64,000 bases of DNA, taken from NCBI GenBank assembly GCA_002633005.1, contig NMRA01000007.1:502700-566699 (forward strand), in the 5' to 3' direction. The notes beneath the pieces are model-generated. The model made no database searches, was not told where the DNA came from, and saw only the letters and a list, made by a program, of their open reading frames with translations. The DNA is from Phoronis australis. Its lineage: Eukaryota; Animalia; Phoronida. This document shows, piece by piece, positions 51,201 to 63,302 of this stretch. The stretch's first letter is position 1. Every line of letters starts with the position of its first letter. The translations under genes were made by a program, and so were the position numbers.

Positions 51201-53442
51201 AAGACGACAATATTGTAGCGAATAATGCAAAAATATATTCTCTAAGGACTGCTCTATGACAAGGAGTACGTAATGGAATCATCTCTAGCTCTCATTTTTC
51301 TTGAAATTCACTTTGAAAACCTGACAAATAACGTCTTGAGGGGCCACTCAAGGAGATTGATGGAATGGATTGCCTCTGTATTGCTAATTTTTGTAACTGA
51401 AGTCGTACAACATTTTACGTTAAAGATCACTTCTTGGAGGGTCACACTTTTTTCAATTTCAATGATATTGAGCCTCAAATACGGGGTTCCACGGCAGACG
51501 GGGTCCTCCGCGGAAGGGTGGCCCCCGACAATTGTCTCTGTCCCTATAACCTGTAACTCCGAATCAACACCGGCAACCATTGGTGAGAGGAAGAATGAGA
51601 TAAGATTCCAAATTGATCGAAAAAGTACAGATCTAATTCGTGTGAAACATACAGCAGTATCAAGACGTTAGGCTTAAAAAGCCAGAAATAATCGAATGCA
51701 TATTTGGAAAATACAATGGCCAGGATAGACAGCCATCGATGGTCGAAAGGATTTGGACGTTTTAGTGAAGAATTACAAACTACATGTAGGCCTACATGTA
51801 TTTGTGAATTTCGCAAAAGCAATATTTCCGATGGTTTTATGACGAAAAATGTGGATACATTTTTGCATAATATCGTAAGAATAGTATTCTTTTGAATATC
51901 GTTACTTGGAGTTAGAAACTTGGATAGGTCGAGCAGACTGTCGTCCTAAGGGGTACAAGTTTCGGATGACCGAGGTCTAACGGACAGGAAGTCAAAGTAC
52001 ACGTACTGGCAATCAGAAACAACGATTTCGGTGGGTTTTGAAGTTCATGTTTAACTTATAAACCTTGGTAGCTACTCTGAAATAAACCAAAATGCAATGC
52101 GGCGAAAACATTCGGAAATTTTCTTGAAGGAGCCCCCAAACGTGTGGAATTTCCATTAACATGTCATCTACATCTACAATTGGTTATAATATCCTGTTTT
52201 GATTCACATGTTTACAGCATTATCGATTCATTTCAGGTAATAAGTTCACTTGCCCATATTACAAAGCATGACATTCAAACAAGTGTGTTGTCAGGTGCAC
52301 ACATTTTACATTTTGGCAATACATGTAGATTCGCGTGTTTCTTATACAGGTTTCCAAACTCCTTCATGTTGGTTGATTTATATAAATAAAAGCACCTACG
52401 ACTACATTTTTGATAAGAGGTAAGTATTTTTACGGTGAAGATTGTTATATAGAAACACAGTAATATAAATTACTTTCGTTTTCAACAACGTTTCAATCAC
52501 CTAATTCTCCACGCGCGGCTACGTAACTCTAACAAAAATTTACAGAATTTATTGTGAACCAATCCTTGTCCACATTAAGAACCGAAATATCATAAGAGTT
52601 CATGGTATTTATTTTAGAGTCGCACAGTTTCAACCTAGGACCCATATCGACGTATATTACTCACAGGTTTCAACCAAAGTGTATCCCGGCGACACAAACA
52701 AAAGTTCCTCATTATGTCGCCTAAATAATGCTTTGCAAGCAACTCCTCCCCAGATAATTTTTACCTTTTTACGGACCTGAATACCGCGTTGGTGTTGCAT
52801 ACTTTATGCCCAAAATTGACGCAAATAAATGATACATGTAACGCTTAGGTTCATCCTTGTCACCATGCGAGGGCGCGGTGGAGGAACGCAACAAACACCC
52901 CACTGCACTTGTCTCATGTTGTATGCTAATTGTAAGATCAGAACAATTCATGACGTACAGACCTTTTCTTTTTAAAGTCATTTGTAACCGTGGAGTGACA
53001 CTTTTGAAATTCTTTTAAAAATAAATTGTCATACTTATATCTTTTCTCTAACGCTCAAATACAAATTTTGATACCGTAATTTTTCGCCTATTTAGCACAC
53101 ATCAGTGGCCGACAAGCGAATTTCTATTTAAATTTGTAAAATTTCTTCTCAAAAATAAAGATTAAGAAAATTCTAGTATATTATTGAACATCGTTTCTAC
53201 TTTGTGGATACTACAAATCAGCATTTGGTAAAGTTCCCACAATTTACAAAATGGAAAATGACAATTTTGGCTGTTATTTTTGTACGAAATAAGTGAAGAG
53301 TTACTGTAACTCCCTCCTTTATGGCAGTGATCCATGGACGCAAGATTTGAAGCTCTCGAAAACACAAAGGAAGGTAGACAAGTGTAATCATGTGCTTCAC
53401 ATGTAATCCATGGCGAAATCTTTCGAGTCTTGCCGTGAACTT

Positions 53443-53675
53443 CACGCGCGCACCCAGACTTTAATATGGAGAGCTCAAATTTCTGGCGATGTGGACATTT
53501 GCAGAAAAGCGGGGAATTAAAAAAAAAAGAAAAAAACGGGGTACCACCTTCAGAACTGTGCGTCTGCGCCTTTTCAGTGGACTTTTGTCCCGTTTTCTCA
53601 GACTTTTGTTTCTCGCCAAACTTGGGGGGTCTCGTTCGAGCCCCCTGAGCCCACCCCGGCCTGAGTGAGCGTATG
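53443..53675 (+). mobile_element. MITE with CATGCRCGCACCCAG-type TIRs and 5-bp TSD (copy 3)
   Basis: CACGCGCGCACCCAG ... CTGAGTGAGCGTATG, flanked by AACTT/AACTT. The interior is homologous to 9093-9356. Confidence 0.75.
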
Positions 53676-53849
53676 AACTTGCATTTTTTCAATGTTTTCG
53701 CGTTTACGCGGGAATTACGCGTCTGTTGTTGCCATATTTATGGGTTCGTATATACTTTGCAATTTTGTGAGCGTCAGAGCAGTTTGCCACTTCTGCCCGT
53801 ACACATGACAACTGTTAATCCACACAAATCATCGTCGAGAGGAATAAAA

Positions 53850-54240
53850 GTTGTCGGAACAAGCGGCCACGATTCACTGGCAGTCATGAGTATGACATTG
53901 CCGTGAACGTCTGTATTCCGACACAGCTTCACATATATTCGTCTACAGAGCTCCAATCATTGTTATGAGCAATGGTTTTCCAATAACTTTGCTATTATAG
54001 ACTATGCAGAAAAAAGGGAGCTGAAAATTCGTGAAACTCTACTTATCAAATGGTGTAAACCCAGTCTCAATATGCAACTGGCACACCGGCGGCCACAGGG
54101 TGTCATTGTTAGCAGGCCTATCTACTTGTTGTTGGACCTATAGGTGACCACTGTTTTGCTTCTGTGGTCACGGTGTTTAATAAACGCCGAAACATGTCAA
54201 GCTGATTTAAATTCATTGCTGTCTTTTAATCAACATTGCC
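53850..54240 (+). mobile_element. Degenerate 3' end of a Penelope-like retroelement (GIY-YIG C-terminus plus decayed hammerhead motif)
   Basis: One frame reads TSVFRHSF...NNFAIIDYAEKRELKIRETLLIKWCKPSLNMQL, matching the PLE endonuclease tail pattern F.I+D.....L.I.E.L.I....P.LN. It is followed at 54158-54202 by GCTT-ctgtggtcac-GGTGTTT-aat-AAACGCC-GAAAC-AT-GTC-AAGC, a hammerhead with a damaged CUGANGA box. Confidence 0.7.
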
Positions 54241-55229
54241 ATTGGCGATTGTACTTTACCGTGCGCTAGACTACCCATGGATTATTAGAGTCGTCGATAA
54301 AAGGGTCCAACGCAATGCCTAACAAGGCGCACGACATTCATCAGCCTGAGGCGATGATGATTGCATATCTTCCCTTGGTAGTCAATTCAAAACTGTTTCA
54401 TCGAACTCGGGGCTGTACCAGATTCACCCTGAGAGAAGTGTTCGGTCAGTTATGTATTGTTATGTTCTTCACGTTACTTCCCAGGTGTCACTACTGGACG
54501 CACCTGCCAATGATTAATTTGAGTGGCACTTCTTAAGTTCTATGACTACTAAGTCATAGGTCGGCTGAGCCCGCTTCCGCGAGTTCTTGGTTTGAGCGAC
54601 ATGTGAGTGTGAGGCTGTGTGGGTTAAAGCCAAGAATCCGTCTTTGAATCTACACAGTGGGGTAAGATTTAAGTTGTCTAACCGTTTGGTCCAGGGTCCT
54701 ATTGCAGATGTTGTCTGTGAACACCGACAGAGGGCGATGAAATTTCCTTGGGAACCATTCAGCCAGTCTTCAATCATACGTAGAAGGACCCAGGCGGCCC
54801 TGTAACGTCGGAAAAGTATTTTATACAGTAAGTTCCACAAGTAGTGATTTCATATTTTTCGCATCACTTTGATGAATGATAACGACTATCCTGTTAACTG
54901 GATGTTTTATTTAATATTCCGCTGCTGATTTGAGAGACAGATGAATAACAAATTCTCCTTCAGTGGTCATCCATACCTATATGTTTCTCTTAGTTATATA
55001 AATCTGATTTGTCATAGAGACCTACGCAACAGCTTTAGAATCCTTTAAAAGTATAAATAGTATGGCACAATTTAGCTGTGTATGCACAGTTTCACACCGA
55101 GGTTTGTGGAAGGTAATATAGATTTAAACGCCGTCGCCAGTGACCTGAGACTTTGTCCCTACTAACTTCTGTAATTTGAAAATTGAAATTCATTTTTACT
55201 ATTGTATCCGCTTTACCTTGAGTAAGACA

Positions 55230-55460
55230 AAACTGTCTCCCATTTGTTCAGAAATGACTGAAGAGTTTTACAAAAATTGCTTTTGCATTGTATCCAGGCT
55301 CTCATTCACTACCTTGCATAAATTCACTAGTAAGACCGAGCTCAGAGGAATAGGAGACACTTTTGTGAAATGCTCGATTGTCTGTCAGTAAAGCCAGGAT
55401 TCAAATCCGGGTCTCCCAAATGGGAGTCCGGACCTCAAATCACTGAGCCAAACTGTCTCC
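55230..55460 (-). mobile_element. tRNA-derived SINE (head at about 55390-55455)
   Basis: The minus strand has A-box TGGCTCAGTGA and B-box GGATTTGAATCC at tRNA-like spacing but no acceptor-stem pairing. The body extends leftwards, and AAACTGTCTCC is directly repeated at 55230 and 55450. Confidence 0.6.
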
Positions 55461-58262
55461 TTTACTGTGAATACAGATACATGTAGAAGTCTTTTCAGCC
55501 ATTCCAAAGTGATGAGAAAGACGTCGATTCCCGCAGGAAACGTAAAATGTGTGAACTGTTGTTAGTGAATGTTGAATTTGTAATTTTTCTTGTGTACATG
55601 TACACAAGTTCGAAGATGAGATAAGGACACGGGCATATTCTATAGAAAAAATGAATGATAGAGTTGATCCAATTCAAATCGTTAGCAATTTCTGATACTC
55701 GCCGGCGACACCGGATGTTGATTTAACTCAAGTTGTTTTCGTTTAGGAGCTGATGGAGAAATTGAAAGCCGTTGCCGCAATTCCGCTGTGGAACAGTACA
55801 GTTATCGCTCTGACATTAGTTTTACGCCCTTCACAAAGTGACTAAAGCGTCAGTCATGTGAAAAGACACAAGTGTCGCATTTTCAAGCGCGTTGATTGCT
55901 GGCGAGCTAAGTTTCTCCGGGCGCACATGAAAGCTTGACAGGGGAAGAGCCTAACGTTAAGTCAATTTTGCGAAACTAATAGCTATTTTCAAATAAAATA
56001 GAACTGCAGAAATCGACTCAACATATTGTTTTAACTTGTCATGGTGGTTGGTCTGCTACTGCCCCACACCCCTCCCCACCCCCGAATCAGTTGTTGTTTT
56101 ACATACGTAAACATGCAGTCGGGTTTGAGCAAAGAAAACATCGAATCACGTTCAAACAAGGGTGCAGTCAGGTCCCGATCAAATTGCCAAAATGTGCCTT
56201 GAATATTGCCTTATTAAGTAGGCTATTTTTGAGCGCCGACAAGTGTACGCAAGTGTTCCTGATGACTGCCGATTAGAGGCTTTCCTGTTTTGTGATTGAA
56301 ATTTTGAAAGAAAAAACGAAGCGAGAATTTTTGCTGATGCGTTGCCATTTTGTCATGGGCAAAGTTTCTTTTTTGGGTCAAAGGATCATGCGTTTTCCAC
56401 GTCAGCCGAGCATACGCGCTCGATGGGTTAATGTTGGTGGGAACAAGAATTTTCCGAGGTTATAGTGATATGGGTCGCGTGATAGTTGGCAATTTTTGTG
56501 TGTAACAATTAGGCGAGCTTCCACCTGCTAATACCCAATGTTTTTTCCCAAAAAGGTTGATCTGATCACAGCGAACCTTGCATTCAAAGAAAGTTTGAGA
56601 CAGCCAGGTCCTGGGACGTTCGTTGCTCTAAATGTGGGGCAAAATTTTTCACATTAGTCACTCTATCGGAAAATGGGATTTTCAAGAAAACGTAACAATT
56701 CGGCTGCAAACACCCGGGTATTATTTTGTGTTCGTGTAATCAAAGGCAAGAGTTTTTTAGAAACTGATGGTATGATGCCTGGGTTAAAAAGTAAACTTTA
56801 AAAATGGGCGACACGTGTCTGGTTGGTCACGGAGACAGCCACTTGTCGCATGAGAACGCTTTCCACGCAGTGAGTTTATCATATCATGCACCCACATCAG
56901 TGATCGTTCCCAACCCACATTCCAACCCCCTAACCTGTGGCTGACCCATCCCTCCCATTCAGGGAATGGTGTCGGTGACAAGCGACCCTGAGCGATAAAT
57001 GACCATGTAACTAAACACAAGTGTGCACGGGTCAATAACCGATAATGACGTAGCACGAAAAAGAAGTCTATTCATGGGAAAAGAGTATTGGAATACATAA
57101 GACGTTACCGATGGACAAGTCAGATTTTAACTCAGTAAAAGTGTGTACTTTCTGAAAGTAGAAAGCCTGCAAAATTTTAGACACTTTACAAATCTATTGT
57201 TAACTGAGTAACGTGACCATGTCATGTAGTGAAATTTAGCAAAAAAGAAAGGTATATTGATTGCAAAACAACGGTATCAATCACGTGATCAAGTTTTATT
57301 CGATAGCAAACGTTCAGGATGATATTTTATAAAACGATGTTACAATTTTCTAAAATTTCATTTCGTTTTCATTTCATGCAACTTCAAATTTTCTTCATTA
57401 AATTCATGTTTTGGTACGCCTCTCATGAAACGGAAGAAAAAGTTTCAAATACAATCCCTAAGAGCGTTTTGGAGACAAATACAAGAAGCATAATACTTGA
57501 AAATTACACATAAATCACATTCGCCACATCTGAGATATGATCTCCACAGTTAACCAAGTTTGGAATTTTTCTAGGGTTAACCTTTTACATTTATGGTACC
57601 AATAACGTACAGTATAATAAGGCGATAAACTGCAACTTGTATGTTGGAAATCTTGCTGAAAGTTCATGGATGTGCTTAACGCTGTCTGCGAAGGATTGTT
57701 TGGAGCTCAAGCAAACTTAACCAATGATATACATGTAGAGTAGGGCGTCATGTTCATGAAAACATATTTTCTCGAACACAACTTGGGGTCTAATTTGTAT
57801 ACTCGAAATTGAACTCGAAATTATTTTTATCATTTTCTGTTCTACTTTTATGCGAACTAATGATAAGTGTGTGTTTTAAAGGAGTACATACATGTAACTA
57901 GCTCACGTTGATAACTGTCTGGTTAGTTTGCAGTTGATGACCCCGGCACAAAGCCTAAAAATTCAAGAGCAAATTTGAAATGTCGAGAAAATAAATAGGG
58001 AGTAAGTCTTTGAATAAAAAGGTCCCTATTTATCTGTGTAATATTTAGATTCAACGCATAGTTTATTCTCCGCCAGGATCAGTGTTAAAACTTAAACACA
58101 GCAATGATGATATCATTCCAATGTTTAGTGATGACGCGATTTTGGACGCGCACAAATAGGAACAGAAATGGACAGCCACGTCACATTTTCAAAACATTTG
58201 AAGGTCTAGTGGCCTTTTTCCGATTCAGGTAGACACGGGGCAATTTAGCACTTGAATTGTTT

Positions 58263-58320
58263 ACTAAATCATATGTTTGGACAAAATCATATGTTTGGAC
58301 TAAATCATATGTTTGGCCTA
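58263..58320. repeat. 18-bp tandem repeat x3
   Basis: Unit AC(T/A)AAATCATATGTTTGG. Confidence 0.9.
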
Positions 58321-58938
58321 TTTGGTGTGTTCCACAGCAGTTGCAGCTCTTGTATGTTCTCTGGGGGTACGATTGACCATGCGTGGGTTCAGTATCGCTA
58401 GGACCTACGCTAGTATCTAGCTAAAATCTAACCAAAGTCACATGTTCCCATTTAAAATGCACTGCAATATCTCGCGAAGTCTTGATTTTTAACGAGGCCC
58501 GAGCGTTACTGAACGGGAGGCAGGTTTGTCGACCATGAAATAATTTCCGATGTGCTTACCCATCGACAGTAGGCCTCCGGCCATGCAGTCAGTACAGAAT
58601 TTTATGCCGAGGGAATAAAGGTTCAATGGGAAAGCGACTATAGTAATAATTTGCAGCCCTACGTAAATCTGGCTGTGTTATTTTTATTGTTATCAATATT
58701 GGCATTTCAATTTTAGTTGACTGGGTCCAAAACGGCAAAATTAGGTCCCCTGGCACAGAGGTGTAGGAAAATATCATAGTTTTAACCTCAGAAAAACGAG
58801 GAACTCACGTGTTCAGACATTCCACCGCTTCGCCTGCACGACTGAATAATCAGCACACAATATGGTCACATTTGTTTTTTGGGCGAAAATTCGAGTACGA
58901 ACTTTAAAATTAGCGCATATGTAAACAGTGACATGGTG

Positions 58939-58979
58939 ATCGACGTTTCGGCTTATTCTCTGTAAACCATTCTCAAGAC
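58939..58979 (-). ncRNA. Minimal hammerhead ribozyme motif with U3-A8 core variant (Penelope-type)
   Basis: The minus strand reads GTC-TTGAGAA-T-GGTTTA-CAGAGAA-TAAGCC-GAAAC-GTC-GAT: UUGANAA core, 6-bp stem II, palindromic ACGT stem III, GUC triplet and 3-bp stem I. It lies about 300 bp from a GIY-YIG remnant. Confidence 0.55.
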
Positions 58980-59263
58980 AAAAGTTCACTTGATTCAAAC
59001 GGGTTACACAAGTGGAGAACAAACTGTACAGGTACACGCCGTCAAAATGCATTGTGAGGGGAGAGACCAGAAATCAAAACACTTGAAGCTAAATTGAACC
59101 AATGTTTCTATTGAGATAGCGCTCAGCATGATTCAACATTTATAAAATCCTGCAAATCTAAGACACCAGCGGATGTTTGTTATGGCCTGAATTAAAGAGA
59201 GTATTTCTTAATCTTCCCTTTTTGGGTAACAGTAGTTGTGTGGTCGACAGATAGGTTAAGAGA

Positions 59264-59560
59264 ATGCTTGGAGCTATCGCTCCGTGTTTGCCCTTTGTAA
59301 CAATCTTTAAACCTGCATTGAGCAACTCTCAAGGAAGTCATGTTGTGTACCAACTCAACTGTAATGAATTTGAACAGTTTTACATTGGAATGACCAACAA
59401 GATTCTCAGCATCAGAGTCAAAGAACACCGTAAAGACACACACAGTGCTGTTCTTATAGCCATTCATTGAGCTGGTCACAGTATACATGTCCATGCATGT
59501 AGATTACTCTGGTGCCACCATCAGGCTCCTCATAGAGGAGGCTATGTATGTACCGTTGAA
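59264..59560 (+). mobile_element. Degenerate Penelope-like retroelement GIY-YIG endonuclease fragment
   Basis: SHVVYQLNCNEFEQFYIGMTNKILSIRVKEHRKDTHSAV matches the GIY-YIG signature VVY...C..C...YIG.T.R.L..R..EH....SAV. A stop follows, then GHSI. Confidence 0.8.
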
Positions 59561-60139
59561 TCAGTCATGTAGAATGTGTGCCACTTGACGATAGGCCTAC
59601 ACTACGAGAAACTCAAATAAAAATTGTGTTCATTATGACTGAGCCTGACGTCGTGTTTAAAGGGTAAATTTTGGAAATGGATTTAAATTTGTGCTAAATA
59701 TCCTATGAAGCGTGTTTCACGACTATTGTTCTAAACGCAACCTTGAGAATGCAATAAACATTTACTTTAATCTAGATGTTGATGTCATGATTTTTATCCT
59801 GAATCGAAGTGTTTCACGTAAAGAGCCATTGAGATTACTTGAAAACAGCTGTGACATATGATTTGAATTTTGATGCTTGTAAAAGCTCATTGGTTGGTCA
59901 GTTGTTGATCGGGCTGTCCTCAATGTATTAAGACGCTACAAAAAATGCTCTTGAAGTATCCAAATTGTTGGCATAACAGCATTTTATCTTGCACTTCTGT
60001 CTTGACTTCTACAGCTTGCTCATTTGTAGGCTTCAAGCGTGCACTGTATTCAGCGCTCGTATTTTTGATATATCATGACGACCTCTTTGAATTGCAAGTC
60101 CTTTCTGATTTTTCCGGCAGATCTCAGCAACAGCCAACG

Positions 60140-63100
60140 ATGAATGAAAGTAAATTTAAAGCTGCTTACAAGAATAAATCCAAGATATTTCCTACCGTGA
60201 CCGATCTGTTACCCCCAGAATACCATTATCTGAGGCATCACCAGTACCCTTTCGAGAACATTGTATTCGAAGGAGGTGGTGCCCGCGGGGCGGCCTATTA
60301 TGGCGTCATCAAGGTAAGAGCCTTGTTTATTGTTACGACGATATTTCGTACAAGTTTCTTTCTATCTATCGATGGCCGCTACCACGATTAATGAAGACAA
60401 ATTTTGCAGTTGTTTGCAAGATACATGTATGTCAGTTGAGCTAACCAACAGGCGCCATTAGCTTTTCATGTACATGTACTGGGCTTCGCGCTCGTGGTAT
60501 GTAATTAAACACTGACGTAATGTAGTGTTGAAGGAAAATGAATGGCTCAACCTTTCTCGAACTTGTAAACACCGGGGCAAGACTTCTAGACATCACCGTC
60601 CTCACCATCACCACCTTCGCACTCATCAACATACGACAACCGCCACCTCCGACCCCACCAACGCTGTCATCGTTGTTACGAAACATCATTGTCTTCATCG
60701 TCATCGTCATCACATTTATTTCAATTATCATTACGTTTCATCACCCCGACTACCAGACTATCATCATCAGCAACAGCATCACCACCACTGGCGTCATCTT
60801 GCATGCCCTCATTAGCACAGTGTACTGTATGTAGGAAAGTTTGAAAATTTCACATCGGTAAAACCATACGCATCTTGGGAAACAAAGTAATTGTGTAAAA
60901 GTTATACGTTGCATTTTTCGTACACCACTGTGAACACAATTTGAATGGTTCCATTCATTGGTCCTGCGGCAAATTTTTCCACCCTGACTGTTATGTATTT
61001 AGTCATAAAAGTCAGCGACTTTGAGCCTGACATTGCCGCTGTGTATGTGTCAGATTCTGTAGTTCAAGATCGTTGTCTTGCCTCAGATTCTAGAAGAAGT
61101 TGGTGTCCGTGATCAAATAAAGCGCATTGGGGGCGCTAGTGCCGGCGCGATGACAGCGCTCATCTTCGTATGTGGGTGCACGGCGGAGTATCTCAAGTAT
61201 TTGTTCACGCACCTCGACTTTAGAGCACTACTTGGTGAGTCAGAAGAATTCCAAATACGTTATAGCAACTTGCACATCGTTGGTTTGTCGTGGCTACAGT
61301 TGTTCGGTTACAAAAATTGTGTTCCACTAAATGTTCTTTTAAGAAAAATTAAAAACAGATCATTTCTAGACGTGGCAAGAATGTTTGGTTTCTTGAAAGC
61401 AGGAATCCTCGTTGCAGTCGTTTTGTGACTTTCGCTATCGGATTTGCGAATTTACATAAAGCTTGTTCTCCACGATAAGGCAAATAAATTTCAAGTAGAC
61501 AATTACTTCCTACCAAACAGCTGCATGTATAAATCATGTCCATGTTCACAATTCTCTGGAAATATTGTGTACGAAAAACAGATGGTTCACTTTCGGTTTA
61601 TCTCTAAATCTCTGGAATGTCACCGTATCGGATCTAGTGTATAATTTGACCATAAGGCCTAATCGAAAACACCACTCGTGTGGCAGCTGTGAAAATCTCT
61701 CACGAATAAGTTGCACGCAGATTCTTTTGCCGTGGGCAAAGGTAGAGTGTCGTCTTTTCTTTTCTAACGTTGTTCTCCTACAACTAATACCATGAAACAC
61801 TGACAATCGCTTCCTTGAATTTCATCAGTGCCGAACTAAGTTGCTACTTGGCGCTCACACAAATTAAGAGACTCTCGCCTCGTTGCCACATGGTTCTTAC
61901 CTGTCAAAATTTTCACTCCCGTGGAGGCAAATGAAGTTACCAGTGGACGGATGCTTGACACAATCCCAAATAGGGACTGCAATACGTTCCCGAAATCTTT
62001 TGCGAATATGTAGATTTTTCACTGATGATATCTTTTTTCAGTCTCTTCATCCTTATCATGAGCTCTTCGTTTACCTATGTCATTGTCTCATAATATATCT
62101 AAAAACTGAATCCTTGTAAAACAGAGAGTTAGTCATTAAGTTAGGGGCATCGTATGCAAATAACCCAATTCTAAGGAATTCACCGAAGACTTGACTCTCG
62201 GTATATGTGAAAGCTAAAAATTTGACTTAACGCTAAAGATAAGATGGCAGTAGAAATAAAGGCCAAGCTGTGTTAGCACAAATCCACAAACGCGTTCACA
62301 TAGTTGAGTTCCCTTCGGAGACCGTTTCATGAAACCTGCCAAAGGCACCCAGTATTTTTAGATCTCAGACGTTTATGAAACTGAACTCGACACTGAAAGT
62401 CAGCCTTTATTATTGGTGTGAAAATGATTGATTGTAATTGCTCTGCTGAGTGTATTGTATATTGTTTCAGATACGCCAAAACCGTTATTTTGTTTCGGAG
62501 ATTTCGGACGCAGGTCCGGGGAACGAATTTACAATTTTTTTGGGAAAATGGTCAAGAATCGTTTTGGAAAAGCTGACTTGACATTTGCCGAGGTATGATA
62601 GTTCAATGGGATGACATTGAATCGATTGTCTATTAAACAATTTGTACACTTCTACGTCGACGTGTTGAACATGAGTATTTGCTTGCCCGCGTAACACGAT
62701 TCATCAGGCTTGGGGTATTGTGACGGAAAAAACATCCTTCGAAAACATAAATGCAGCACGACATGGTATTGTAAGCGATATCTACCACCCCTCTGGTATT
62801 AACCAGACGATGAAAATAGCATGTATACAGTAAAAATTTGACTCACAAATTTCGAACATAAATAATTGCTAAAAATTCCTATTTTTGCTTTTCATGGTTT
62901 ATTGTGCAGTGTCCACAATTTCTCGATATCTTGATTGAAATTTTCGCTTACAGGTCAATCAGATAGATTGACCCTGCGGAACCAGCGAAGTCAATCAAGT
63001 GCAGCCATCGTCTGATCTAATGGTAGTATGGTGTATAACGTGAACGTAGGAAAGCCTCGATTTGGTGTTACGTGTTGAAAAAATGAAAAAGTAAAATTTC

Positions 63101-63302
63101 ATTGGTCAGATAGATTGTGTATTCAGTGAACTGGAGTGGCTTGTAGGTTATTGAATCTTGTTTTAGTTGTACCAACAGTTTGGTAAAGAGCTCTGCATTA
63201 TAGTGACGAACCTTAATTATTTGGACATCGATTATTGTCATCCAAAGACCACGCCAAATTTGCCGATACGACTGGCAGTGCGCATGTCTTTATCTTTGCC
63301 AA
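60140..63302 (+). CDS. Patatin-like phospholipase (ExoU/VipD-like subfamily), 3'-partial; exons 60140-60313, 61087-61234, 62471-62592, 63167-63302, continuing beyond the window
   Basis: In-phase GT-AG introns (0,1,0,1). Motifs: YPFENIVFEGGGARGAAYYG (oxyanion loop), IKRIGGASAGA (GxSxG nucleophile), DLTFAELYQQFGKELCIIVTNL and HPKTTPNLPIRLAVRMSLSLP. The catalytic DGG is expected downstream. An acceptor at 60120 implies an upstream exon, so the start may lie further 5'. Confidence 0.9.
60590..60790. repeat. Degenerate (CAT/CAC)n trinucleotide low-complexity tract in a patatin intron
   Basis: Runs of CATCAC/CATCAT/CACCAC; explains the His-, Ile/Thr- and Met/Val-rich shadow ORFs. Confidence 0.8.

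Noticed and set aside
51308-51580. Minus-strand ORF containing IVGG, like a trypsin N-terminus
   Set aside because: Lacks the following PW/CGG motifs and any catalytic-triad exons nearby; probably chance.
58263-58320. Short tandem repeats (also 5499 and 48223) considered as CRISPR-like arrays
   Set aside because: Head-to-tail units with no unique spacers, a eukaryotic context and no cas genes.
60441-60834. His-rich and hydrophobic ORFs
   Set aside because: Translation of a degenerate CAT/CAC repeat inside a patatin intron.
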